Positions 25,693-39,800 are shown, counted from the stretch's first letter. The stretch is DNA of 64,000 nt from Octopus vulgaris (GCA_951406725.2 OX597814.1:27218001-27282000), one strand, 5' to 3'. Program-made: numbers and translations. The notes: a model not told the origin generated them from the letters alone.

Positions 25693-25931
25693 CAAATGAC
25701 CTCTATTATTTCATATGTGCATGTGTGTGTGCATATATGCATGTTTGTCTGTTTTACTGCAACATGAACATCGTAAACATGCAGCATCCAATCATCTCAG
25801 GTAAACAGCTATATGATAAATATATTGATTTCTTACAGTGGCACAAATAACCAAACTGATGCATACCTGGTACTTAATTTATCACCATAGGAAGGGATGA
25901 AAGTGTAGTTGACTACTATGTCACTTGATTA

Positions 25932-26150
25932 CTGTGCAGCGACACACAAAAGCACTCATGTGGCAACACATAAAAGTGCCTGTGCAGCAATACATAAAGG
26001 TGTGCGTGTGACAGCACATAAAAGAGCCTGTGCAGCAATGTGTAAAAGCACCTGCGCAGCAACACATAAAAGTGCCCATTCAGCAACATGTAAAAGCACC
26101 CGTGCATTGCCATGTAAAAGCACCTATGTGGTGTCACATAAAAGCATCCA
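25932..26150. repeat. 21-bp minisatellite, ~10 units (tgtgcagcaacacataaaagcacc-like)
   Basis: Directly visible; explains the 7-aa-periodic ORFs 25909..26154 and 25916..26203. Confidence 0.9.
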
Positions 26151-26166
26151 GTAAATTTTTCAAAGC

Positions 26167-26330
26167 GTAGGAGTGGCTGTGTGCTAAGTAGCTTGCTTAC
26201 CAATCACATGGTTCTGGGTTCAGTCCCACTGCATAGCACTTTGGGCAAATGTCTTCTACTATAACCGCAGGCTGACCAAAGCTTTGTGAGTGGATTTGGT
26301 AGACGGAAACTGAAAGAAGCCCATCGCATA

Positions 26331-26393
<63 letters not shown>

Positions 26394-26590
26394 GTTTGTC
26401 CCCTCAACATCGCTTGACAATTGATGCTGGTGTGTTTGCGTCCCTGTAACTATAGGTTCAGCAAAAGAGACTGATAGAATAAGTACTAGGCTTACAAAGA
26501 ATAAGTCCTGGGGGTCGACTTGCTTGACCGAAGGCAGTGCTCCAGCATGGCCGCAGTCAAATGATTGAAAGAGATAAAAGATAAAAAAAG
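26167..26590 (+). mobile_element. Full-length family A SINE, followed by an RTE tail to ~26720
   Basis: Head, microsatellite and tail all present. Confidence 0.87.
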
Positions 26591-27206
26591 AGTGGTTGGT
26601 GTTAGGAAGGGCATCAAGCTGTAGAAGCCATGCCAAATCAGACTGGAGTCTGGTACAACCCCTCAGCTTGCCAGTATGGACAACAGATGTTAAATGAGGA
26701 TGATGATAATGATGACGATGAAGTTACTGTGGAATAACACTAACACTTCAATAACTCAAGCAAGCACCCTTTAACTTTTTTAATACTAAACCACCTGAGA
26801 CCACCCTGGTTCAGTGATATAAACTTCTTAATTTAAAGTGATCTAAATTAGAATCTTCCATCAAAATTCTGTGTTAGTTTGTTCTGAGCACCAGCTTAAT
26901 AATGACCAGACTCTTTTAGTAAATTCATTATTTTCAAAACTGACAGAAATAAAGGCAATGTATGTTAGTGGAAGTATAGTAACAAAAAGAGTTAAAACAA
27001 TGACCAGGAGTGGGGATGAGGTACCCAGGAATCACTACACAAGAAACAGTTAAGTGGATAGTAAAACTAAGCACACCTGAAATTGTCATTGCACTTGCCA
27101 AATGATCAATCCCATGGCTTCATTCAATATAATTGTAATTAGCTTAAATTTCAGAGTTGTTTCCCTTACCTTCCTTTGCCAGAAGTAATCAATTAGGAAA
27201 TAGTTT

Positions 27207-27297
27207 TATATATATATATATATATATATATACATTGAGCCACACCTACACCAATACATATATATATATATATATATATTGAGCCACACCTACACCA

Positions 27298-27337
<40 letters not shown>

Positions 27338-27392
27338 TGAGCCACACCTACACCAATACATACACACACACACACACATATACATATATATA
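27207..27392. repeat. (TA)n with triplicated 26-bp spacer ttgagccacacctacaccaatacata
   Basis: Three identical copies separated by (TA)n tracts. Confidence 0.9.
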
Positions 27393-28386
27393 GGTGGGTA
27401 CAGGCATGATTGTGTGGTAGGAAGTTTGTTTCCCAACCACATGGCTCCAAGTTTATTCACACTGTGTGGTACCTTGGGTAAGTGCCTTCTACTATTGCCC
27501 TGCACCAACCAAAGCCTTTTAAGTGGGTTTGGTATACAGAAACTGTATAAAGAAGCCCGTTGCATGTGTGTATGTGTGTGTGCGCGCGCATGTTATTCTT
27601 TGCCTTGATATTGTGACAGTTATAAAATGAGTGTCATCATCATGCAAGCAGTGTCCTTGTTTCAATATTACCTTACTTGGAAATAGGTGAGGGTTAACAA
27701 CAGGAAGAGCATCATCTGGCGCTAGAAAATCCACCTTGACAAATTCAATCTAACCCATGTGAGTAAGGAAAGGTGAACATTATGACAATGAAGATGCTAT
27801 ATCATCATCATCATCATTATCTAACATGCTCGCAAGGGTTGGGTGGTTTGACAGGAGCTGGTAAGCCGGAGGGTTGCACCAGACCCCGGTCATCTGTTTT
27901 GGCATGGTTTCTACGGCTGGATATCCTGTCTAATGCCAACCACTTTACAGAATGTACAGGGTGCTTTTCTTGATACCAGTACGGATGCTTTTTATGTGAT
28001 GCCAGCACTGGTGCTCTTTATGTGACACCAACATGATGTCTTTCTGTGAGTGTGTACTCCTTTTTCATCTTGACAGATGTAATATACTTATTTAAAATTA
28101 TTTGATGCATTACAGTTAAATGTGTTAGCTACATGCCCCACTACTTGAAATTTTAAATCAATTAAACATTAAAATTCTCAAGTCTATCCATCTAATTATC
28201 ATATAAGGCAAATAATAAATAAATCTAGAGAAAATAATTAACTCGAGAATGGCATGAGGTAAAATATCTAAAAGTAAAAAGGAAACATACAAAAACCAAA
28301 TACACAAAGTCAGTGGGGAAAAAATAATGAGGATAGATATTATACAAAGAAAAGACCCATTTCAAATAAAGGACCAGAAAGATTTT

Positions 28387-28424
<38 letters not shown>

Positions 28425-28712
28425 TTGTGTGTGTGTGTGTGTGTGTTGTGTTGTGTTATACTATTGGCATATGTCAGTGGAATACTCAGCCACTTTGCAG
28501 GCTAATACAATGAGTATGTCATCTACTTGATTCAACAATATGACGGTTATACATTGAAATCAGTTGGAGCATCTAAGCCTATCAATATTATGATATCTAT
28601 ATATATATATATTTAACTGGTTTCACAGTTTACACTTATAACATTGAAACTGGTTAAACCTTTAAATATAATAAAAAATATTTTTAACTATTCTCAGTGC
28701 ATTTTTAACATC

Positions 28713-29132
<420 letters not shown>

Positions 29133-30236
29133 CATATATATATATATATATGTACATATTTATATATATTATATTATATATATATAATGGTTAGAGAGAA
29201 CATAAAGACATGGACACCAGTTGCCATTATTATTCAGGTCAAGAAAATTTTTTTCAAAGCCTTATAGTCTCATATGTAAGTAACTAGGTCATGAGAATTT
29301 TTGGTCTGGTGAACTATAGTTAACCTCAGCTAAATTAAATAAGATAAATATGACCAAGGAGGGCTAGACAGAATTGACTTGCTTTCTTTTCAGCCAGCAT
29401 CAAAGTTCTACTTAAACAATTTTCTGGGTTAAGAATCACAGTTTACTGTTGGATAAACTGGTTCACTGACAAAGTTACTGACAAGTATTATTATTATTAT
29501 TTATTTTCTGCCAGCAATTGGTTTGATAAGGTAATTTAAGTGTCAGTCTAGATATAGGGTGCCTATTATTCTGTTTTTTAGAGTGAGGTTGCAGGAAAAA
29601 AAAATGTACTGCACTGGACAAAATACCAAACAGTATTTAAATTTGTACCCCTGTTTCTGAGTTTGAATGCCATCAAGGTCAATTTTTCAATGTTATGTAT
29701 TTTTTTTTTAACATCACAGGCAAGATGACTCTTTTTCCTTTTGTGTACAAATATAGCTTGCAAACCATCCACACAATAGAACACTTAACATTTTCCACCA
29801 AAAAACACAAAGAAATATAACCCAGGGCTGATCCAACAAATCACCTTTCCTCCACAAATACCATATTCACATAAACCTAAATACATATTACTTTGTCACC
29901 CATTCTGTGACTCATATGCATGCTATACAAAAGGGAAAGACCCATTGGTTAATATAAGCCTAGATACACAATATCTGAAAAAAATAAAAAAAGATTAGTC
30001 ACAGCTAGAATGCTTTTGATTATAGGTATATAAATATAAGGGGACTAAACAACAATTCTCCCTATAGGTAAACTCCCACAGGAGCACTAGGGTTCTTGAT
30101 ATATGAAATCAAGCATCAGGTGGGAGATCTCAAGCCCCAGCATTTTGAAAAGAAACCAACAAGTACTCACTATGTAGGACTTCCTTGCCTGGAATCTAAA
30201 TCTATTTCATTTCACTATACACCAACATACACAACA

Positions 30237-33200
30237 TCATCATCATTTAACATCCGTTGTCCATACTGGCATGGGTTGGATGGTTTGGCTGGGTTGGTAC
30301 GCTGGAAGGCTGCACCAGACTCCAGTGTGATTTGACATGGTTTTCTATGACTGGATGCCCTTCCTAACACCAACCACTCAGAGAGTGTAACGGGTACTTT
30401 TATGTACCATTTGCGTGACACTGGGGTGCGTTTACATACCACCAGCATGGGTGTCAATTTGTGTGACACTGGTATCTGCCACGACTGCAATTTTGCTTGG
30501 CTTGATGGGTTTTTTTCTCAAGGACAACATAGTGTCAAAATGTCTTGGTCATTGCCTCCATGAGGCCCTAAACTTGAAAGGGACTCAGCCACTTTGCCTC
30601 CATGAGGCCCCCATTAGTTCATATACCTAAATATAGATTAGTGACCATCAGATTAAGAACATGAAACCTTTCCAAAGGCCTTATAAGTCAATTAGTGCTA
30701 GATACAGCAGCATATGCCTCATTAAAAACTTCTCCAGTTGTTTTACGAGCAAGAGAATATTAGAAGTACCTCTTCCCAGCACCAAGCCAAACTGCTTTTT
30801 ATCCAGACTAATTCTCATCCTAATTAGTTATGCTGTGACTCTTCCAATATCTTTCATAACCTAGACATCAACTTGATACCTCTATAACTTGCTCTTACTA
30901 GAGCCTCTCCTTTATACTTGTAACAGTCAATGAAGATACTGCCACACCATTTGGCTATGAGCATGACCAGCACATATCTCTCCATGCTTAATATTTTCAG
31001 TATCTCAGTAACTACACCCAGCAATCCAGCTACCTTCCCTGACTTCATATCTTTAATTACCCAATGAAGTAAACTGCTGTCAAACCATAACCTAGTCTTC
31101 CTGTCGAGTTTACATGGGAAATGCTCTCTCTCCCTACCTTCTCTCCATTTCTCTCTCTCCCTCTCTCTCTTCCTTTCTCTCTCTCCCCATCTCTATTGCA
31201 ACTTCTCATAATAGGATTTTTCTTCTTTTTATAAAATGACTAGCAGTATCGCCCGGCGTTGCTCGGGTTTGTTTCGACCCGCTGGAATTGTAATTTTGAA
31301 AAGTAAAACTTTTGTGAACATTTTTCTGGTCGAAATACACCGAAAAGTGGCGACACAGCAGTGAAAAAATCGTAAAAAATAGGGATTTTCATAGAAAAAA
31401 GCATCTTTTTGATGTAAATAATTTTTGGTGTTAACATGGTCCGATTTGAATTTTATGTTCTACGGAAGGAAGAGCAACCCTTCTTCTACCATACTCTCAA
31501 TTTTGGTCAACTTGCGCCGCAGGGTCTCGGAGGAGATAGTGTTAGTTGAAGGTTACCATTCTAGGTGCCTGAGTAACAACCTCGCGGATTTACAGATAAA
31601 TGAATTAATTACTATTTTACAGAATAAAATTAAATAATTCTTGAAAATTAATTAATATTAATATTTTTTGAACAAAGTAAATAATTTTTAAAACTTAAAT
31701 AATAATTTTTTTTACACAAACGCGAACGGGGAAAAGGGGGTGGCGAATTCGATTTACATACCTAAATTTTTTCTTTTTCATGACATTGTAGCAAAATAGT
31801 AGTGAATTATATAAATACCAGCAGTACATATTTTTTTCTGGGGTATTTTTTTTCAACCTCGTCACATATTTGCCCCTTTCAATTTAAACAAAGTCTTAAT
31901 TAAGCAATTACGGCAGCTTAGCAATGGTTTCAATACAGGCGTGACATCTGTATCTCAATTGTTCAAAACCCTTCGAATTTTTTCGCACGTGATGATATCA
32001 TAGTGAAAACTTTCAATTACACGCGCTTAGAAGTACGCTCGCAAATTAATGCTACCAAAATTTTGAAGTTCGCACTCCGCTTGTGTGTGTGTGTGTGCGT
32101 GCTTTAGGTGTACGTAGGTATGTGTTTTTGTGTGTGTGTGTCACTGAAGCCATACATACATATATACATACATAACCTCTCTCTCTCTTTTCTCTCTCAG
32201 TCACTCACTACAAAAAGTGAATAAAAAAGTTCAGTTATTTCTGTCTTTCACTCTGTCTGTCTCTTTACACACACTAACAAAAGCACTTCACTTACACACC
32301 ACACTTTCTGTGTCGCACAACCCATCAAACACACACACACTCACGCACGCACACATGTACATCAATGCTTTCGGAGTGAAATGTTAAAATATTGAGTTTT
32401 CTCGAATTTTGTCTTAATTGGGGGTGAAATTGAAAGAAATATATTATGGCATGACCGAATGGAGTACTTTGAAAAATCTTAGGTAAACTCTAATTGAAGA
32501 AATTGTGTGAGGAGTAAATCGTTATGTATTTATTTGTTTCTGTTTGCTGTGTTTTTTTATTTTTTGAGTAGTGGTTTAAATACTTTCAGTTCAGTCTTCC
32601 TCAAATCACTCTGTCGCTATTTACTCTCTTCCAAGAACATTTTCACTCACTCTTATCTGTTAGCTTGCCATACATTTTACTCATGTATCTATCAGCGTGA
32701 TAGACAGAAACAAATATTACATCTAGTTCCACTTTATTCGTTGCACACTGTGTGTGTGCGTTTGCGTGTGCTGTAAACCAGACTAAGAAAAGCATTTGAC
32801 ATACACACCAGAATGTGAGTTTTCTGTAAATTTTGCTTAATTGGAGTTTAAATTTTAAAAACTGGACCTGGCATGACCCGATGCATTCTACTCTTAAAAA
32901 TGCTAGGTAAATTGTAATTGAAGAAATCCTATATTGTAGATTTCTATAAGTGACAAAGGGAGGCAGATAAAATCTGCCTTTTATAATAAGAGATAAGGCA
33001 AGGACATATGCACTGACTGCTATCATTCCCAACCTGATTTTCTCTATCATGGTCTTACAATCCAGAATACCTCATGCTTCTGATCCTAATGTTGCTTCTC
33101 CATCACCTAAGTATACCAATGACTAACTTCTGTTCTAGCAGCTTTACTCTTAGTCTATCTCTCAGCTTTTATGAACTTATCAACCATCTTCTATCTGGCT

Positions 33201-33240
33201 AGGACCTTGCACCAGCCACACATCTAATCTGTAGCCCATA
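30237..33240 (-). mobile_element. Decayed RTE LINE (3' UTR, RT, endonuclease) interrupted by a Helitron
   Basis: MKSGKVAG…YRGIKL and QFGLVLGRGTS (30630-31100); EN-like 'AVSAY' (~33000-33240); family 3' tail at 30237-30625. Confidence 0.7.
31240..32993 (-). mobile_element. Non-autonomous Helitron, ~1.75 kb, recent
   Basis: Minus strand A|TCTCTTATTATAAAAGGCAG…CCCGAGCAACGCCGGG (hairpin) CGATACTGCTAG|T; no TSD; CpGs retained. Confidence 0.9.
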
Positions 33241-33424
33241 TAAGGCAGCAAGCTGGCAGAATACTTAGCAGTATTTTGTTCATCTTTACATTCCGGGTCC
33301 AAATTCACTGAGGTTGACTTTGTCTTTCATCCTTTCAGGGTCAACAAAATAATCACCAGTTGAGCACTGGGGTCAATGTTATCAACTTACCTAAAATTGC
33401 TGGCCTTGTGCCAAAATCTGAAAC

Positions 33425-33483
<59 letters not shown>

Positions 33484-34332
33484 CTACCTAAGCAAAGAGC
33501 CATAACTTTCAAGAAATTTTTCAAAATACAAAATCTACCAATTCATAACCTTAATAAAATATCTCGTAATTATAGATAATTTTAGATAATTTATTATAAC
33601 ATTGAACACTTTCACTAAATGACACATCAGTCACGTATATTAAAATCTCACAAAGAAATTGGGATCAAAATAGAACATGCAGTATTCAGTTTAGGAGATT
33701 ACAGAAATAAAATACAATTAGAAAGGAATAATAGCAATTTGAACCTTATTTTAAAAAATTAACACGTTATATTCTGTTGTGTCTGGGGAGAGTCATTTTC
33801 TTTTTGTGCCTTATAATCCAAAATCGAAATAACACATTATAATTTAATATTCTTAATATTAAACTTGTAGAAAGCAGTGAGGTGGCAGAATCATTAGCAA
33901 ACCAAGCAAAATTCTTAGCAGCATTTCATCTGTTTTTATATTCTGAGTTCAAATTCTGCCGAGGTTACCTTGCCTTTCTCCTTTCGGGGTCAATAAAAGA
34001 AGTACCAGTTGGGCACTGGGAAGGATTTAATCGACTAACTCCTTCTCCTGGGAAAAATTTGAAACTAATATTGAACCTGTAGAATAGTAACAAATTCTTG
34101 GTAAGCTAAATCTTTAATCTGGTTTCCATTTGTAATTGGGAATGTACCACTAATGCTCTTGGAGGAAACCATGTGTATCCTAATTTCCCTAATCCCCTTT
34201 CATTAAAAGAAAAAATAACCTTAGGCATTATGCTTATGTAAGAAATTAAAATTTCAAGAATCAAACAAAAAAAAAAAATGTGAGTGTGTATGTTTTAAAT
34301 GTCTAGAAAAATTATTCGCAAATAAAGCTCAC

Positions 34333-34611
34333 CAAATTTTTTACTTGAATATTCCTCTTTGGCCGAAGGAGGGAAGAATCCATAGAAGACTGTTTGGGTG
34401 CAACAAGATTCTTCCGAGTCATGACAACTTTTTTGTGCTGCTGTGGTAGCTGCTGTTGTAGTTGTTGTTGCTGGTGATGATGGTGGTGATGGTGATGATG
34501 ATGGTGGTGATGGTGATGATTATGATGATGCTGCTGCTGTGGCTGCAATACACCATCACACCTGGAAGTGGGTAATAAGGCAACTTTTTTCCGGCCAGTC
34601 ATCATACTTTC
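34333..34611 (-). CDS. Candidate coding exon (279 nt, open frame): ESMMTGRKKVALLPTSRCDGVLQPQQQH…H(n)QQQQLQQQLPQQHKKVVMTRKNLVAPKQSSMDSSLLRPKRNIQVKNL; possibly the first coding exon
   Basis: Strong polypyrimidine acceptor ttttctttctttttcctctag, donor ttg|gtgagc, no stops, mixed CAT/CAC and CAA/CAG codons. Protein family not recognised. Confidence 0.72.
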
Positions 34612-35889
34612 CTAGAGGAAAAAGAAAGAAAAACTTGAAATTTGAAACTTAAGTAATATATAAATGTGAGCAAAAACTGACTGGAATATTTTTTTTTTAA
34701 AAAAGTAGAAAGAAAGAAAGAAAGAAACTGAGAGACAAAAATGAGTTAAAAAACAAAAAGGAAACTCTGTAAATTAAAATAAATTTTGCAAAGACATTCT
34801 TATTTCCTAGAATACAACTTTAAAAAAAAATCTGATATAAAATATTTTTTATTATAAAAACAGTGAGTCATAACAGCAATTACTACTCAAAGCAGTTATC
34901 CTGGCTTCTACAATCTACAGCAGATTTGAGTCTATATCTCAACTCTTGTGTACTACAGAAGAGTCAGTTCACCTCACCAAAAGAACAAAAAAAGATACAC
35001 AAACAATAAAAGATAATAGTGGGAAGTTTCAAATTCCTGAGTGGCAGGAGCCTCTTATATCAGTGGTATATAAGAAAATCTTCACCCACAATTGACATTT
35101 CATCCTTGTTCAAATATGAAACTGCCCACTGATGAAATCTCTTTGTAAAAAATGCTTTAATCCCTAAGACTAAAATGGAAATTTAAGTTGCCTAATTGTC
35201 ACCATCATCATCCATGGGTCAGATGGAGTTTACTGAGGCAGATATTCTACAACCAGATAGACCCTTCCTGTCACCAATCCTTACCTGTTTACAAGCATGG
35301 TAATATTTCCCTTATAGCCACATATGTTTTCACAGAAAATTGGAAATTAATAAACATTCATTTACAACAACCAAGTAATATTGACATTAAAAGACACAAA
35401 CATACACATGCACATAAACACACCCACGTGTGGGTGTGCAAGTGTTTGTTTGTGTCTCTTAATCCACAAATAAAGAATACTTATCTACCAATGCGGGTGT
35501 TGAGCACTCATTCACACTGTCTGATACTAGCACAGTAAGTAGCACTCCTAGCATTCTTAAATACCAGACAAACACTAACCACAAACACAGAATCAAAACA
35601 AATCGTATATGACGGACTTCTTTCAGTTGTCATCACCTTAGGCCAACCAAAGCTTTGTAAGTACAAGGCTTTGGTTGGCCCAAGGTGCTATTCAGTAGCA
35701 CTGAATTCGAGACTCTGAAACTGCATATTTAGGAAGCAAACTTCTTAACCACAAGCTATACTTGCGCCTATTGTATATGTAAAAAAGAAACTTTTTCTTT
35801 TGTAATCTTTCACAACACTTTCCATAGTTTGCTGTGCGCTTGCGAATTGGGCCTGGTGCTAATCGGGTATCACTACTGCTGCTCTATAT

Positions 35890-36075
35890 TAGTGCTCTGC
35901 AACTTTTTTTCACTTGTGGTACACTTATATTCTTTTAAATTTTCAGTGGAACACCTGAACTAAAAATATAACTAAAAGTATAGAGAAAAAAATTATATTC
36001 AGGTTATGCAGTGGCACACCTAGCATTGTATCGTGGCACACCAGTATGCAGTGGCATACTGGTTGTAGAACACTG
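35890..36075. mobile_element. Old hAT-like MITE
   Basis: (t)agtgctctgcaac…gttgtagaacactg termini; similar flanks ctctatat/cttctatat. Confidence 0.5.
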
Positions 36076-36579
36076 CTTCTATATAATTGCTTGATCTGCT
36101 AAAAATAGCAAGCAAATCTTTCTGAAAATCTGCATTATTGTCATAATAAACAGGGCACACATTGAATAAATTAACAACAGATTTTTCACTTCTTACATGT
36201 TCCAGTCATAGGACAATAGTCATACTGGGGCACCACTTTAAAGAGTTTAACCAAACAAATCAGTCTCAGAACTTATTTTTAAGGCTGGTACTTATTCTTG
36301 CAGTCTCTTTTGTTGAATCACTAAATTATGGAGAATGTAAACAAACCAATGCTGGTTGTCAAGTAGTGGTGGTGGACAAATACACACACACATGTATGTA
36401 TATATGCATACATACATGATGAGCTTCCACATAGTTTCCATCTACCAAATTCACCCACAAGGCTTTGGTCAGCCTGGGGTTGTAGTAGAGACACTTGCTC
36501 AAAGTGCTACACAGTGGGACTGAACCCAAAACCCACAGTATCACAAGCCAGCACCTAAAAGTTTTGATGTCAGTTTGAA

Positions 36580-37798
36580 GAATTGAATTATTTACTCACA
36601 GACTAAGCTGGCACTCATGCAAAAACTAGGATATGTGCATGTGGTTAATGAATGGAAATTGTTTATAGATTCAAGTAAGGTTAGCCTCAAAGCTGTGTCG
36701 AAAAACCTTCCATTCCTCTGGGTCATATTGTCGTTATGGAAGAAACTTATGAGTCAATGGAACTCATTCTGAAAGGAGTTAATTACTCAGTTCATAAGTG
36801 GAATATTTGTGATGATTTAAAGGTGATTTACCTCCTCCTGGGACTGCAGCTGGGATATACCAAAAATATGTGCTTCTTGTGTGTTTAGAACAGCCGCAGC
36901 AACAGCAATTATTACATTGTAAAAGACTGGCCAAGAAGAGATGAGTGCATAGTTGGTCAGTACAATGTGCAGCATATGCCACTGGTAGACCCGCAAAAGA
37001 TCTTTCTGCCACCCCATCACATCAAACTTGGCCTCATTAAAAACTTTGTAAAAGCAATGACACACAATGGTTGTGGCTTCCAGTACCTAAAGGTAAAATT
37101 TGGTGCAAAGAAAAGTGACACAAAACTAAAAGCAGGCATTTTCATTGGACCTAAGATCAGAGAATTGATGTCTGATAGTAAATTCAGAGGTAAACTGAAT
37201 CCAGTTGAGCTGATGGCATAGGATTCATATGTGTTAGTTATACAGAATTTTCTTGGAAATCATAGAGCTGAAAACTATGCTGATTTAATGAACAACATGT
37301 TAACAGTGTATGAAAGAATGGGATGCCAAATGTCTCTTAAAATGCACTTCTTGCATTCTCATCTCGATTTTTTTTCCAATGAATCTTAGTGCTATTAGTG
37401 ATGCGTATGGAGAGAGGTTCCACCAGGACATATCTGAGAATGGAAATGAGGTATCAAGGCTGGTTCAATCCACACATGATGAGTGACTACTGCTGGTTCT
37501 TACAACAGAAGACCAGCACAATGCATAAGCACAAGAGCAAGTGTCTCAAACATTTCTGAGCTTAGAATATAAAAAATAAAGTGAATATCCCCTAAACATA
37601 AATATACTATGTACCATTGTATTAACTATTCCTGATTATTGATATAGTATTAATATATAACTATTCACATAACTCAAAATCCTGATGTGCTACAGCAATT
37701 CTGAGTTCAGATTCAGAATCAGAGTACTCGATTTAGTTTAGTACAGTACCATTTGTCTTGGTAGCAGACTTTTTTTTTTTTTTTTTTTTGGTCCAGTG
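36580..37798 (+). mobile_element. Chapaev (Chapaev3-type, CMC) DNA transposon, 5'-truncated, with transposase pseudogene
   Basis: WKLFIDSSKVSLKAV, DLKVI.LLLGLQLGYTK.MCFLC, LPPHHIKLGLIKNFVKAM, MSLKMHFLHSHLDFF and GERFHQDI motifs with stops and frameshifts; right end T(n)ggtccagtg (5'-CACTG terminus). Confidence 0.8.
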
Positions 37799-38105
37799 TA
37801 ATTGATCTAGCAATCGCAATCCTGAAAACTTTAGAATTGTCTGAGGTTTGTTAGTGTCCTGTGTTTACCCTTCAATCTATCTATGGAGAGGGGAGGGGAG
37901 ATGCCGATAATGACACTCTGGTATCATTCTTTTTATATGACTGACTATAACATGAAATCTTCAAAGATCCCCATAGAACAATGGGTAACAAGGTGTTACT
38001 TATCCCCAGACTAGTCATTTTTCTGAACGTTTAAGTTGTAAAAATTAGAACTTATCTTATTGAGAAGAAAAACATTGAAAAGTATTTCTGCGGTTTATAT
38101 ATATA

Positions 38106-38294
38106 CTCTTTTACTTGTTTCAGTCATTTGACTGCTGCCATGCTGGAGCACCGCCTTTAATCGAGCATCTCAACCCCGGGTCTTATTCATTGTAAGCCCA
38201 GTACTTATTCTATCGGTCTCTTTTGCCGAACCGCTAAGTAACGGGGACATAAACACACCAGCATCGGTTGTCAAGCAATGTTAGGGGACGAACA

Positions 38295-38362
<68 letters not shown>

Positions 38363-38527
38363 CGACGGGCTTCTTTCAGTTTCCATCTACCAAATCCACT
38401 CACAAGACTTTGGTCGGCCCGAGGCTATAGTAAAAGACACTTGCCCAAGGTGCCACGCAGTGGGACTGAACCCGGAAGCATGTGGTTGGTAAGCAAGCTA
38501 CTTAACACACAGCCACTCCTGCGCCTA
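38106..38527 (-). mobile_element. Full-length young family A SINE
   Basis: Complete, with CpGs retained. Confidence 0.9.
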
Positions 38528-39559
38528 AAGAAAATATTTTTTTAAATATTGATTTCATTTGTTTAGCATTTGGTACTTTTTGTTGTTTCTTTTTGTATTG
38601 GCTTTCCAAAATAATTAAGAAGGAAAAACTAACTGAACTGTTGCAAAATACAAAGTTATAGCGATCGTTTCGTTGTTTAGTTATTATTTGTTAGTTTTTT
38701 TTTTTTTTGTTTTTTTTTTGTTAAAGGAAATAATGGTAATAAAATTCAGTTCTTAATCCATTCACTGCAATAAAACAACTAAGTTGAGACAATCTACGTG
38801 TTAGAAATCCCGATTTGCCTCCCTTGTTCATATCACCTCGTATAGAAAATACTATAAACAACAGGTTGAGAGATATTTGGTTTCGATTCCTTTCGAAGTC
38901 AATTTACTTCACTTATGGCAAATGGTGTGTACATCTTGGGAGTGAGGGCATAAATACAAGAACTCAACATTTCCATTTTTTTTTGTTCTTTACCTTTTTG
39001 GTAGCTTAAATAGATTTTTTTTTTCACTAAATCTAAAGAAATAGAAACGGTGAGTGTCGAAGAACAAGTGATAAATTATCGGCATCCGATTCACAGTTAA
39101 AACAATTTTATTTCATCCAGGGAAAGAAATATAAATTAATAACAATCTATGAAAACATACTGATTTTTACAAGTAGGTCCTTTAGGAAAATAGGCATATT
39201 TCTGACCCGTCTACATTATACGACTCGGGGAAATCCTAGAGAAACTCTGTGTGTGCGTTGTGTGTGTGTGTGTGTGTGGTTGCGTGTGTGTGTTGTATAT
39301 GCGTGCGTGCATGTGCGCGCGCGCGTGTTTTAGCCACGGAAAGAACTGTGACCACAATCCTTTTGCAGAGGCTTCCATTCTACTGGGATTAATGGGAATG
39401 AAACCCAGCCAGACCCAGGGATCTAGTCCTAATGTCTGCAATAGAGTGAACTCTGTTGAAGGCATGTTAGGCCTACTCTTACTCATCCGTGCGTGGTGTG
39501 TATAAAGTAAATATAAAACTGATAACAGATGTGATTTAACCATACACTAACTAGTAAGT

Positions 39560-39800
39560 AGTTCGATCTATAAAGTAAATAAACCTGAGATGCGAATTTG
39601 TATGAGAATAGATATTGTTTACCTTTCAGGTGTTTGTCTGAATAACAGCTGTTCATAGTGTATAGTTCGCACTACTATAGTCACAAACAGCATGATCGAA
39701 ACTGGGCTGACGGAAAATGTGCGGAAACCCGTCGAGCGTCTATAACAACGGATCGGCCTTGTAACCCAATATTATTACGCTGATTCTGCCTGAGTATCAT
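39560..39800 (-). promoter_or_regulatory. Candidate promoter or non-coding first exon (donor aag|gtaaac at ~39622)
   Basis: CpG cluster with two CGGAA (ETS-like) motifs, within a CpG-retaining zone (~38.6-40.2 kb) about 5 kb upstream of the ATG-bearing exon. Confidence 0.38.

Noticed and set aside
25909-26203. ORFs with 7-aa periodicity, or a CRISPR-like array
   Set aside because: A 21-bp tandem minisatellite without unique spacers, in a eukaryotic context with no cas genes.
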